Source: Nemertoderma westbladi
Lineage: Eukaryota > Animalia > Xenacoelomorpha
Assembly: GCA_032718475.1 (NCBI GenBank)
Contig: JAUCBJ010001439.1
Coordinates: forward strand, 1 to 63,717
Reading direction: 5' to 3'
DNA length: 63,717 nucleotides
A program made the translations under genes and the position numbers. This document shows, piece by piece, positions 1 to 12,496 of the stretch (positions are counted from its first letter, which is position 1; each line of letters begins with the position of its first letter). The notes under the pieces are model-generated. The model was given only the letters and a program-made list of their open reading frames with translations, had not been told where the DNA came from and did no database searches.

Positions 1-25
1 ATTTCATCTGATTGTTAACGAAAAA

Positions 26-3000
26 ATGAAGAAATGTTACGATACGGAGGGATATTTACTGGTTAGAAACCTTATTGAACCAAAGGAAATTGAAAGAATC
101 AAAATAGCTTTGGAAATTTCTAAGGATATTGTTAATAACAGGATTAATATTATCGATGTAAGTATATATTTTGGTTCGTTCTGTTTATTTTTAATGGAAT
201 GTGGCGAACAGATCTTTATTCAGTATAATTTCATGTAATCCACTTATAAAAAAGGTTTTCCTAAAAAGTGAGTTAAATCTTGAGTTTGCGCTTAAATTGT
301 TAAAGTTATTCCATCTTCTTTTAACGCTGAAGAAATTTTCTAACTATGATCTTTGATTCAAAGGTCTGCTGATGACCTCCGAATACAACAGGGGTGCAGC
401 GCAGGGTTTTTATGGAATAAGATATACTTCTCATTAACTGACGATTCATTCTACAATATCGGTAATAATGTCTTATTTCCAAAGCCCACCAACACCGCAC
501 CTCCCCGGAATCTCGCCAGCCACTACCATTGTACACACTGTACAGTAGAACTGATGAGCTGGGATGATCTTATTCTATTGTCCAGGAGGTGGGTGGTAAC
601 GTGTTCAACATTCTTGAAACATGTGTCAATAGACACCGGGATTGATAATTCAGTTAAATTTGGATTTACAAGTGTCAAGTCTGAAGTGATCAGGTGTTGC
701 ATTGCTATGGGGCCGACAATAACGTATTATAATGTTGCTATAATGCCCATATGTTTATGAATGCATATAATATTAATATTACAACAAATTACTGTAATAC
801 TCAATGCCTTGAAGGAACTTGGGAATGAGTTTTGGGTCTTGCACATTATTTAATGCAGGGTGGTGGTGAATCAGCCAAGTCTAGCCAAATGACTTTGTGG
901 ACGAAAGTATCCGATGATGTTATTGGAGCAACCATAGCCAGTGAAAAAGTAGCTGGAACCATGGATACTTTATTAGGTGGTGAAGTCTACCATTACACAA
1001 CCAAGTTGATGCAGAAAGACCCAGAAAATAAAGGCGCTTTTTGCTGGCATCAAGATTACGGGTACGTATACCAAAAGTAATATATACAATAAATTTATTA
1101 GTGGAAATATATTGTGCCTTCTTACTCACACACAGACACACACCCCAACGGGCTTTTAGAGGGTGGCCCTACGGTATGATTTCATGGTATGTCTTACAGT
1201 TCTGCTACACCAAGGCCCAAGACTTCTATTTACTACTTAAAGAAGCTTCAAAACTCAAATAAAGATGGAATTATATTTGTATAGTTTTAAATAGAATTGG
1301 CTTCCAAGGGTCCCAAATGTTACACCACACAGCTCATGTTGAGAGGAAGTTTTAGTTGTCCTAATTTCAGGGCCAGGTCCAGTGGTGAATTAATAATGTT
1401 AATTATAAATTAATGTAAAGGGGCAGCTAACAGTGACATTATATTCTAACCAAAACAATAAATGAAAGTCAATAGAATAGGCTGCAGTTTTATTTTTGAG
1501 AGTTTTCAGCTGCTATTTACTTTGATTTTCCATTGATGAGGAATTAATTTTGATGCAAAAAGGTCCCCCCCCCCCTATCTGATAGAACAATGCGTACTTT
1601 ATAAAATTTACTCCCCACTAGATAGTTGATCCCCAATCAACCCCAAGTTTATTATTAATAATATTATTTCTTCTACTGTAATATTTCTACTATTTCTACT
1701 AAATCAATTTCAATGTCATCAGTTAAATAGTAAATAAACCCAAATGTTGTAGGTATTTCTACACGGATGGTAATCTGTACCCGGATATGATGGGAACCGC
1801 GTACATTGCGGTAGACAATTGTGTGCGAGAGAACGGATGTTTACAGGTGATACCGGGGTCCCATAAAATGGGGCGTCTAGACCACGTTGCTGAGGGAACA
1901 CAACGAGCTATCAACAACAAACGACTTGCAGATATAAGAGACAGATTTCATACAATCTGTGTAGAGATGCAGCCAGGTAATTATTACAGAACGTAAACTC
2001 TACGTTATACACCATGTCCCGTAACATAGTGTCATTTTCTGATGACACGCCCCCCCCCCCCCCCCCCCCCAGAATTTTGATACGGAGGCTGCGATTTTGC
2101 AAAAGACACTTTTTTAAAACGCTTATAAAAAAAATTAAAGGCAAAATCTAAAATTCCGTCTTCACGGACGGGGTCATCGACGGTGAGTCGAACTCGTGGT
2201 GTTTCAAATTTCAATCAATATGATAAAGATTTGTAGAAAAATCTAGGGGGGGGGGGGGGGTTGTGTCATCAGAAAATGACACTATATTACGGGACATGGT
2301 GTATATAAGAACTAATACGCCAATTAGTTCGGCAAATACTTACTGTAGGTGTTAAATGTTAGTGATAAAATAGAATTAAAACAAGTTAAGAAAACTATTA
2401 TAAATATGCCAGTTAATTGATGCTATATTGTTATAATGAATCCCAGTGGAGTCACCCAGTTGTAAGGGGTGGTACCATAGAGGTTGCATTGGTAATATTT
2501 ATTTAAATTCCACGTTTAATTAGCTATCACTTGTACTCTTGTGAAATATATGTGTTTGTCTAAACTATACTATGTAAGACTATATGAATTTTAAATTATA
2601 ATTAAAATCATTATGCATTAAGGTTGTCATGACAATCAAACCTTGAATTTATTGTGATATAACTATTTAAAAGTCATTATTATGTAAATTCTTTTTTTCA
2701 GGCGACTGTTTGTTCTTCCATTCAAATTTGATTCATTCGGCTGGTAGGAATGAATCTTCACTAAGGCGATGGTGTTTATTGATTGCGTATAACAGAAAGG
2801 ATAACGACCCCATATATAAACACCCATTCCCTAATTACACTCCATTGGTAATACGGTAAGTAAGTATACGTAATATACAAACATTCCGTTCCTAATTTTA
2901 CACTGCACTGGTAATACGTAAGGGCTCCCCATACACAAACAGTCATCTCCTCATTACTAACACTCATTACTAACACTCATTACTAACACTCATTACTAAC

Positions 3001-6000
3001 ACTCATTACAACACTCATTACCAACACTCATTACTAACACTCATTACTAACACTCATTACTAACACTCATTAATAACACTCATTACTAACACTCATTACT
3101 AACACTCATTACTAACTCTAATTACTAACACTCATTACTAACACTCATTACTAACACTCATTACTAACACTCATTACTAACACTCATTACTAACACTAAT
3201 TACTAACACTCATTACTAACACTCATTACTAACACTCATTACTAACACTCATTACTAACACTAATTACTAACACTCATTACTAACACTCATTAATAACAC
3301 TCATTACTAACACTAATTACTAACACTCATTACTAACACTCATTACTAACACTCATTACTAACACTCATTATTAACACTCATTACTAACACTCATTACCA
3401 ACACTCATTACTAGCACTCATTACTAACACTCATTACTAACACTCATTACTAACACTAATTACTAACACTCATTACTAACACTCATTACTAACACTCATT
3501 ACTAACACTAATTACTAACACTCATTACTAACACTCATTACTAACACTCATTACTAACACTCATTACTAACACTCATTACTAACACTCATTACTAATACT
3601 CATTACTAACACTAATTACTAACACTAATTACTAACACTCCTTACTAACACTCATTATTAAAACTCATTACAAACACTCATTACTAACACTAATTACTAA
3701 CACTCATTACTAACACTCATTACTAACACTCATTACCAACACTCATTACTAACACTCATTACTAACACTCATTACTAACACTCATTACCAACACTAATTA
3801 CTAACACTCATTACTAACACTCATTACCAACACTGATTACTAACACTCATTACCAACACTCATTACTAACATACACTCATTACTAACACTCATTACCAAC
3901 ACTCATTACTAACACTCATTACTACCACTAATTACTAAAACTCATTACTAACACTCATTACTAACACTCATTACTAACACTCATTACTAACACTAATTAC
4001 TAACACTCATTACTAACACTCATTACTAACACTCATTACTAACACTCATTACAAACACTCATTACTAACACTCATTACTAACACTCATTACTAACACTAA
4101 TTACTAACACTCATTACTAACACTCATTACCAACACCCATTACTAACACTAATTACTAACACTCATTACTAACACTCATTAATAACACTAATTACTAACA
4201 CTCATTACTAACACTCATTACTAACACTCATTACCAACACCCATTACTAACACTAATTACTAAAACTCATTACTAACACTAATTACTAACACTCATTACT
4301 AACACTCATTAATAACACTAATTACTAACACTCATTACTAACACTCATTACTAACACTCATTACTAACACTCATTACCAACACCCATTACTAACACTAAT
4401 TACTAAAACTCATTACTAACACTCATTACCAACACTCATTACTAACACTCATTACCAACACTCATTACTAACACTAATTACTAACACTAATTACTAACAC
4501 TCATTACTAACACTCATTACTAACACTCATTACTAACACTCATTACTAACACTCATTACTAACACTAATTACTAACACTAATTACTAACACTCATTACTA
4601 ACACTCATTACTAACACTCATTACCAACACTCATTACTAACACTCATTACTAACACTCATTACTAACACTCATTACTAACACTCATTACTAACACTAATT
4701 ACCAACACTCATTACTAACACTCATTACTAACACTCATTACAAACACTCATTACTAACACTAATTACTAACACTCATTACCAACACCCATTACTAACACT
4801 AATTACTAACACTCATTACTAACACTCATTACCAACACCCATTACTAACACTAATTACTAAAACTCATTACTAACACTCATTACCAACACTCATTACCAA
4901 CACTTATTACTAACACCAATTACTAACACTAATTACTAACACTAATTACTAACACTCATTACTAACACTCATTACTAACACTCATTACTAACACTAATTA
5001 CCAACACTCATTACTAACACTCATTACTAACACTCATTACAAACACCAATTACTAACACTAATTACTAACACTAATTACTAACACTCATTACTAACACTC
5101 ATTACTAACACTCATTACTAACACTCATTACTAACACTCATTACTACCACTAATTACTAACACTCATTACTAACACTCATTACTAACACTCATTACTAGC
5201 ACTCATTATCAACACCCATTACTAACACTAATTACTAAAACTCATTACTAACACTCATTACCAACACTCAGTACCAACACTCATTACTAACACTCATTAC
5301 CAACACTCATTACTAACACTCATTACTAACACTCATTACTAACACTCATTACCAACACTCATTACTAACACTCATTACTACCACTAATTACTAACACTCA
5401 TTACTAACACTCATTACTAAACACTCATTACTAACACTCATTACCAACACTCATTACTAACACTCATTACCAACACTCATTACTAACACTCATTACTAAC
5501 ACTCATTACTAACACTCATTACTAAACACTCATTACTAACACTCATTACTAACACTCATTACAACACTCATTACCAACACTCATTACTAACACTCATTAC
5601 TAACACTCATTACTAATGTGTAGTACACACCCTTAACCCTATTACCACTGGGGTGTTTTGACCATTAGCACCACTGGGGGGGGGCCGATTCGACCCACCC
5701 ACTATATTTTTGTAGTCGTCCAATGAAATCCTACAAAATTTGGGCTGTTGGTGAAACAACTATAGATGAACACTACCAAACCTTAAAAAGTTAAAATTTC
5801 ATAAGCAGGGACTCATAATTTTGATGAAAAATAAAAGTAGTCCCAGGACAAAATTGCAAAATTTTTCGTTTTCTAAAAACTAATAGTGTGGCAGTGTTGG
5901 CAGGATTAAGTAGGTTTTTCAAGACGCTGAATCGAATGTGATTATATTCCATTTCCAAAAATTGAAGTGGATGCTATTTTTCGTGCACCTAAGAAGTGGG

Positions 6001-9000
6001 CGTGGCACTTCAAATTTTGAAAAATTAGATATTCAGAAAATGCCCCTAATTTTTTTATTTCAACGCATCTTTATGGGTTTTCTGGGCCGCTGAATCGATT
6101 GAAAGTAATATAGAAGCCTGAAGACTGAGTGGTTCGCCATTTTTGGTGCACCAAAATTAGGGCGTGGCACTTCAAATTTTGAAAAATACGAGATTCGGAA
6201 AATAAACCAAAATTGAAATTTTAACGAATTTATATAGGTTTTCCAGACCGCTGAATCGATTGAAAGTAATATAGAAGCCTGAAGACTTAGAAGTTAGCCA
6301 TTTTTTGAAATCAAAACTTTAGTGTTTTTTCCGAATAAAGTAATTTTGAAAATTTGAAGTGCCACGCCCTAATTTTGGTGCACCGAAAATTACGTACACA
6401 AAGGATTTGAGGCTTCTATATTACTTTCAATCGATTCAGCGCTCCAGAAAACCTATAAAATTAATTTGAAATCAAAACTTTAGTGAATTTTCCGAATCTC
6501 GTATTTTTCAAAATTTGAAGTGCCACGCCCTAATTTTGGTGCACCAAAAATGGCGAACCACTAAGTCTTCAGGCTTCTATATTACTTTCAATCGATTCAG
6601 CGCTCCAGAAAACCTATAATAATGCTTTGCAAATCAAAACTTTAGAGTATTTTCCGAATATCGTATTTTAAAAAATTTGAAGTGCCACACCCTAATTTTG
6701 GTGCACCAAAAATGGCGAACCACTACACTTACATACTGGTATAGAGTATTAGAGTGATCCAAACCAATAAAAATAAATAAAAATAGCCCAAACATAAATA
6801 ATTACTAAATCACGAATGACTTTGTAAAATTCGAAAATTTCAAAAAATTTGGTGCTGGAGACCAAATTTTGAGGTGGCACCCACATCGAAAAGTAGAAAT
6901 TCAATTGCAACGGCGTTTTTTGCAAAAGATGCTGCATTAAATTTGGCTAATTCTCACAAAAAATTGGGCCGGTACGTAATGTGGTTGCATAGTTACAGCA
7001 ACTAAAAACTAGGAAGGGGCCGATTCGGCCCCCCCCCCCAGTGGTAATAGGGTTAACTTGTAGTTATGTCTGCATGTTATATATTATCTGGTTATGTTGA
7101 CAGATGCAATATACTATTCAGTATTCACTATCTGCTATCAGACATGGTGCAGTGTGTAGGCCTAGCAACCTACGCCAAACCACAGAACCAGCTATCAGCC
7201 CACCCAGCCGGCATTTAAACAATAACATTTAATGATTACGGTAGCTGAAATTTAAACTGACCTCACTTATATTATCTACTAACTACTACGACGTCCAACG
7301 TCAATGGATCCAAAGGACCCGCGCAACCCCCACGCCTTTATATTACGGGCAACCCCGCCCCGATTCGATATCGAAACGGAACGCCACTCTTGGCCCATCT
7401 GGAAGGAGGAATGGTCTGCCTTCCTTATATCATCCGGACTCGCTAACCTCTACATCGAGGATCCCGGTGAAAACCCCAATGCGGCCACCTCGGCCGCCCT
7501 TCTACGCCAACGCAACTGCCACGTTCGGGCTGCCCTTACAGCGGCGTTCTCCCGACCAACTAATGGTATCGTGCGCGGCCTGGCCCTCCCTGCCGTGATA
7601 AACGACGACGCCACCGCCGTCGTGGCCCGCCTTGACGCACACATCCAGGGCGGTACCAACATCCGCGTACACCGCCACGAGCTGCTCCGCTGCCGACGTG
7701 AACCCGAAGAAACCCCAGAGACATACCTCGTACGCCTACGAGATATCGCAATAAAATGTGGATTTCGCGAGTTCAACACAGCCGAAGCACACACGGACGA
7801 CAGGCTCCTAGATCAGTTTATTGCGGGGTTTGGGGACAAAGATGTAACGGAGAACCTCCTACGTCTCCCCGCTGGTCAAACCCTGGCCGCCGCACTCCAA
7901 TGCCCCCAGTTGGTGTGGACCGCACGGAAAGATGCAGCATCCCTCGCACTAGCCCCCCCAACCGGTACAGCGATACATACGGAACCCACCGCTAACGCTG
8001 CGTCTGCCGGGCGCCCAGGGCGTGGCCACAACCGATACTCGGGCCACCCCACTGCCGCTCGCGGAATGAGTGACAATGGCACCGGTAAGTGCCAACAATG
8101 TGGCTACCCGCCACACGCCCAGGGCAAGCCGTGCCCTGGCCTTAAAGCCACATGCCGCCATTGTGGCCGTACGGGCCACTACGATCGAATGTGCCGGTCC
8201 AAACCCAACGCCAACACACAACCAACCCGCGCCCCCCGCCAACCACCAGCACAGGCCCACAACATTGGTGACAGCGAACTGACAGTTTATGATGGTTCCC
8301 CAGACAATGCCATAGTCCACTCAGCCTGGGGTGAACCCACTGCCTATACCTCTTCCATGATCCAGTTTGCACCACTAGCAACGGTTGCTGTTGGAATACA
8401 CCTCCCCGGCAAACGTTCCACCAGCCAGCGACACAAGTTGCAATTCCTCCCAGACACCGGGGCTAACATAACTGCCATCCCTTTATGTATCTATACATCA
8501 GTAGGCGGCAATGTCCAGCGTCTGGATAACTCGGCCCCACCTCCGCAACCACCCAGGATGGCGAATGGATCCCGCTCCGGGTGGACTTTCCGGGGCTCCT
8601 TCCCCGCCACCATTGAATTCCACCCGGCAAACCAAGCCTGCCGAACCGATGTCTGGGTCCTTGATGGGCTCCGGCAGTCCATCCTCTCTCGCGCAGACTG
8701 TTTCACGCTGGGAATAATGTCGAGCCCATACCTCAACCCAGGCCCCACCGCCACATTGCAGCCCCAGGTCAGCTCAGCCACTGAGTCACACCCCAACCCA
8801 GCTGCAACACCGTCTCCCACCACCAAACCCGACACCACTGTGATCACTCCCGCCTTCCGCGACGCCGAGTGGGCCAAACTCCTGCGACAGTTCCCCACCC
8901 CCCTCGCTGGGATCTGCCGTGTTATGGATGGGGGGCCTATCTCCATTAAACTACATCCCGGGTCGCGACCCGTGACCGCCTACCACCACCGGCCCATACC

Positions 9001-12000
9001 AGTCAACCTTCGTGCTGCCTTCGACCGCGAGGTAGACGAACAACTCGCGATGGGTATTATCGAACCGGCGGGTGATGAAAACGACCCGGGCACCTGGCTC
9101 AATCCAATGGTAGTGACACGTAAGAAAGACCCGAACTGTGCAAGGATTACTGTAGATCTACGAGAACTGAATAAAGCTACAGTGCGACCGACCTACTTCA
9201 GTCCGAGTCCCTTCCATGTTGTGTCTGCGATACCCACATCTGCGGGCATTTTCACAGTTCTCGATGGCCTCAAAGGCTTTCACCAGGTTGAACTCGATGC
9301 CCAAAGCCGACGCCTCACCACCTTCGTCGCTGCCCATCGCGGCCGAATGCGCTATCGCCGCATGCCGATGGGCTGGCATGGCAGCTCAGACGCCTTTAAC
9401 GCACGCATGGACACTGCAATTCGTAACTTGCCTAATACAGGCCGCATCGTCGAGGATATTATCGTCTACTCGAACACCATTGAGGAACACATCCAACACG
9501 TCGCGGTGGCCCTGGACGCCTGCACCCGCGCCAACATTTCCCTCAACCCACGTAAAACCCAGTTCTGCCGCACCGAGGTCAAGTTCGGTGGTTACCTCAT
9601 CTCCAAGGGCCGCTTCCGCATCGACCCAGACCTCACTCAGGACCTGCGGAACTTCCCCCCACCCAGCAACCGCCGTGAGTTGCGCTCATTTCTGGGTCTC
9701 GCCCAACAGCTGGGAAATTCAACTGCCGATATAACTCGCTTAGTGGAACCACTCCGCAGCCTGAACACCGACCGCCACCCCTGGGAGTGGCTCCCGCCCC
9801 ACCAGACTGCATTCCTTGACACCCGGTCCGCCCTGTCTAGCCCACTCTACTTGTCAGGGTTCCACCCCGAGCGACGTACAGAACTCCTCACGGATGCCTC
9901 ACGCCTCTATGGACTCGGCTTTCTACTTCGCCAATGGGACCCCGATAACGCTAAGTGGCTCACCATCCAATGTGGCTCCCGTACCTTAGCCCCACACGAG
10001 TCAAACTGGTCTGGAATGGCGGAGTTGGAGGGGCTCGCCGCCGCCTGGGCAACCAAGAAATGCAGCTACTTCTTGGATGGGCTGAAACACTTTGATTTAA
10101 TCACAGACTGCAGCCCCCTTATCCCAATCCTAAATGACCGCCGCCTTGACCAGGTCTCCAATGATCGGCTCTTGAAACTAAAGACAGCGCTGTCACGTTA
10201 CAACCTAACAGCGCGTCACCAAAAGGGGGCCAAGCATCTCATTGCAGATGCATTCTCCCGCACCCCACAACACCACCCCGTACCCGACGACTTCTTGCTC
10301 ACCCCAGATGACGAGGCGGACCGCTCCTACATCATTTCTGTTGCAGCGACTGCGGCCCTGCAGACAGCGGCCGCTTCCGCCACACCCACTGGGCCCACGC
10401 CATTGGCTGCTCAGGACGCCCGCCTCCGTCAGATACGAGAGGCCGGTCAGAGCGACCCAGTCTACTCATCACTGATCTCGCGCATCCACCACGGCTGGCC
10501 AGATTCGAAACTGGAACTTGTAGACCCCGATCTACAGCCGTACTTCAACCACCGAGCGGATCTACAAGTTATCGACGGCCTCGTTCTCCGTGGCCACCGA
10601 CTGCTGATACCCGCGGCACTGCGACCGGAGACCCTGCGCGTCCTCCATGCCGCCCACCAGGGTTTAACTAAAACTCGTCAACGGGCCAACGACTCAGTCT
10701 GGTGGCCTAACATACACAATGACGTCACACAGACGGTTGAACATTGCCAACCATGTCAAACCCTCCTCCCATCCCACGCGCCGCAACCGCTCCAGTACAA
10801 TGCCGACGCCACCCGCCCCTTCGAACGGGTCCATTCTGATTTATTCGTCGTGAACAACCAACACTACCTTGTGGTCACTGGCGAAGCCACCGGTTGGCCC
10901 CACCTCGTCGTCCTGGGAACCAACACTACATCCAACGCCCTGGCTAACGCCTTCCGGAGCGTGTTTCTGTCCACAGCAGTGCCCCTGATTCTACGGCCAG
11001 ATAATGGGCCACAATTTGTGTCAGCAGAGATCAAACGATTTTACGCCACTTGGGGGGTTCACCTCGACTCGTCCTCCCCCCACCTGCCATGCACAAACGG
11101 CCGCGCCGAAGCCGCCGTTAAGACCTTAAAGAAACTAATAATTGGCGCTTCCAACCCCACTCTAAACCTCGACCAGTTGGCCCAAGGCCTCATGGCCTAT
11201 CGCAACACCCCCAGATATGGGGGCCGATCCCCGGCCCAACTCTTATATGGCCATAACCTGAGGGAAGCCTTGCCGGTACACTATCGCTCCCTAGACCCCC
11301 GATGGCACAAAACCTTCTCGGAGTTGGATTCCATAGCTGAAACCCAACGGTCTAAACTACTGGCCCATTACGATAGTGGAACCCGCCCCCTCCAACCAAT
11401 GTCGGTGGGAGACCCAGTCCTGATCCAGGACCCGGTGAGCCATCGGTGGACGGGCCATGGCACCGTGGTCGAGGTGGCCCCCAAACACGAGTACCTTATA
11501 CGCCAGACAAGCGGCCGGGTGATTCGCCGAAACCGGGTATTCCTCCGCACCCGACACCTCATACCCGCATCCACCCCCGTGTCCCCCCGGCCAGAGACCC
11601 AACCGGTTCAACTTCAACCGAAAGGGACCATCGAGGACCCCCCACAGGAGACCCCAACCACGGCTGCCGAACAGCCCACGCCCCACGAGATTCTGCCACC
11701 AGCCCCCCCCCAAGCCCACCTGGTCCTCCGTTGTGGCTCGACCAGCACCACCGCGCATAACCGCCCAGGGGCCACAACCTATCGCAATCAGTGCCCCTCC
11801 ATCCGTTTCCACCCGATCGGGGCGTATATCCCGCCCCCCACAACGCTATGCAAATAGTGACTACTCACTAGTCACTACCATTACCAACTAACTAACTTCC
11901 CCAATAGATATAGAGACTATCGTATTTCAAATTTGTTTATTTGTTTGTTGATGTTAGATTGGTCACCCCTAACTACCGGAGGGGGGGTATGTGTAGTACA

Positions 12001-12289
12001 CACCCTTAACTTGTAGTTATGTCTGCATGTTATATATTATCTGGTTATGTTGACAGATGCAATATACTATTCAGTATTCACTATCTGCTATCAGACATTT
12101 ATGGCGTTAGATGTTGGTTAGTTGTAAATTTGTATTAATATATTCTTAATATTACTTAGTGTACCGTGAGTTTATTTTGTTTTCAGTCCAAATTCTGATA
12201 TAATAAAAGCGTCGACGTCCTTGAAGATTGACCAATCAGCGTTCTTCGGACAGGATGAAAACACAGCCAACAATGCTTCTATTGGATAG
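26..12289 (+). CDS. PhyH-family 2OG/Fe(II) dioxygenase (phytanoyl-CoA dioxygenase/ectoine- or proline-hydroxylase-like); exons 26-157, 859-1061, 1753-1976, 2702-2855, 12187-12289 (~271 aa; true start may lie upstream of the window)
   Basis: GT-AG exons join in phase (0,2,1,2). Motifs: GY-LVRNL, HxD in WHQDYG, ENGCLQVIPGSHK, distal His in MQPGDCLFFHSNLIHSAG, RR. The frame is open back to base 2. Confidence 0.9.
2010..2301. mobile_element. Tc1/mariner-type MITE in PhyH intron 3
   Basis: ~60-bp terminal inverted repeats (CACCATGTCCCGTAA..GTGTCATTTTCTGATGACAC + C/G run), TA on both flanks, no ORF. Confidence 0.85.
2950..5616 (+). repeat. 13-bp tandem satellite (CTCATTACTAACA)n, ~200 copies
   Basis: Directly visible; variants CTAATT, ACCAAC, CACCCA. 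Confidence 0.98.
5637..7052. mobile_element. piggyBac-like non-autonomous element inserted in the Gypsy 5' LTR
   Basis: TIR CCCTATTACCACTGGGG / CCCCAGTGGTAATAGGG; TTAA duplicated at 5633-5636 and 7053-7056, single TTAA in the 3' LTR; internal ~160-bp subrepeats in both orientations. Confidence 0.93.
7304..11857 (+). CDS. Gypsy Gag-Pol polyprotein (1517 aa)
   Basis: Zn knuckles CQQCGYPPHAQGKPC and CRHCGRTGHYDRMC; protease DTGA; RT LDGLKGFHQ, MPMG, IVEDII; RNase H TDAS..ELE; integrase LHAAHQG..CQPC, DNGPQF, NGRAEAAV. Order PR-RT-RH-IN. Confidence 0.95.
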   Translation: MDPKDPRNPHAFILRATPPRFDIETERHSWPIWKEEWSAFLISSGLANLYIEDPGENPNAATSAALLRQRNCHVRAALTAAFSRPTNGIVRGLALPAVINDDATAVVARLDAHIQGGTNIRVHRHELLRCRREPEETPETYLVRLRDIAIKCGFREFNTAEAHTDDRLLDQFIAGFGDKDVTENLLRLPAGQTLAAALQCPQLVWTARKDAASLALAPPTGTAIHTEPTANAASAGRPGRGHNRYSGHPTAARGMSDNGTGKCQQCGYPPHAQGKPCPGLKATCRHCGRTGHYDRMCRSKPNANTQPTRAPRQPPAQAHNIGDSELTVYDGSPDNAIVHSAWGEPTAYTSSMIQFAPLATVAVGIHLPGKRSTSQRHKLQFLPDTGANITAIPLCIYTSVGGNVQRLDNSAPPPQPPRMANGSRSGWTFRGSFPATIEFHPANQACRTDVWVLDGLRQSILSRADCFTLGIMSSPYLNPGPTATLQPQVSSATESHPNPAATPSPTTKPDTTVITPAFRDAEWAKLLRQFPTPLAGICRVMDGGPISIKLHPGSRPVTAYHHRPIPVNLRAAFDREVDEQLAMGIIEPAGDENDPGTWLNPMVVTRKKDPNCARITVDLRELNKATVRPTYFSPSPFHVVSAIPTSAGIFTVLDGLKGFHQVELDAQSRRLTTFVAAHRGRMRYRRMPMGWHGSSDAFNARMDTAIRNLPNTGRIVEDIIVYSNTIEEHIQHVAVALDACTRANISLNPRKTQFCRTEVKFGGYLISKGRFRIDPDLTQDLRNFPPPSNRRELRSFLGLAQQLGNSTADITRLVEPLRSLNTDRHPWEWLPPHQTAFLDTRSALSSPLYLSGFHPERRTELLTDASRLYGLGFLLRQWDPDNAKWLTIQCGSRTLAPHESNWSGMAELEGLAAAWATKKCSYFLDGLKHFDLITDCSPLIPILNDRRLDQVSNDRLLKLKTALSRYNLTARHQKGAKHLIADAFSRTPQHHPVPDDFLLTPDDEADRSYIISVAATAALQTAAASATPTGPTPLAAQDARLRQIREAGQSDPVYSSLISRIHHGWPDSKLELVDPDLQPYFNHRADLQVIDGLVLRGHRLLIPAALRPETLRVLHAAHQGLTKTRQRANDSVWWPNIHNDVTQTVEHCQPCQTLLPSHAPQPLQYNADATRPFERVHSDLFVVNNQHYLVVTGEATGWPHLVVLGTNTTSNALANAFRSVFLSTAVPLILRPDNGPQFVSAEIKRFYATWGVHLDSSSPHLPCTNGRAEAAVKTLKKLIIGASNPTLNLDQLAQGLMAYRNTPRYGGRSPAQLLYGHNLREALPVHYRSLDPRWHKTFSELDSIAETQRSKLLAHYDSGTRPLQPMSVGDPVLIQDPVSHRWTGHGTVVEVAPKHEYLIRQTSGRVIRRNRVFLRTRHLIPASTPVSPRPETQPVQLQPKGTIEDPPQETPTTAAEQPTPHEILPPAPPQAHLVLRCGSTSTTAHNRPGATTYRNQCPSIRFHPIGAYIPPPTTLCK

Positions 12290-12496
12290 TTAACGTCGCT
12301 ATACGGCGTCACCATTATCATTAATATTTATATACTGATGTACTGTTAGCTAAAATAATTAAAAATCCTTCATTGCGACATTATTTCTCAGCCCTACTCC
12401 ATACATTTACTATCACCACGTCATTTTAGATATAATAACACATGACGTTATTCGAATACTATAACTATTTCACAATTCTAAAACTTTCAAAGTATA

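Larger units (their letters stand above)
5617..12097 (+). mobile_element. Gypsy (Mag-like) LTR retrotransposon with 108-bp LTRs (5' LTR 5617-5636 + 7057-7144, split by a MITE; 3' LTR 11990-12097)
   Basis: TG..CA LTRs identical once the MITE is removed; PBS TGGTGCAG at 7145; PPT GGAGGGGGGG before 11990; single gag-pol ORF. Confidence 0.95.

Noticed and set aside
353-760. 135-aa ORF in PhyH intron 1
   Set aside because: No recognisable motif; the PhyH protein is complete without it
2950-5616. 13-bp repeat as a telomere
   Set aside because: Interstitial, inside an intron, and not a telomere unit I recognise
7450-11843. Many overlapping short or antisense ORFs
   Set aside because: Expected shadows of the GC-rich gag-pol
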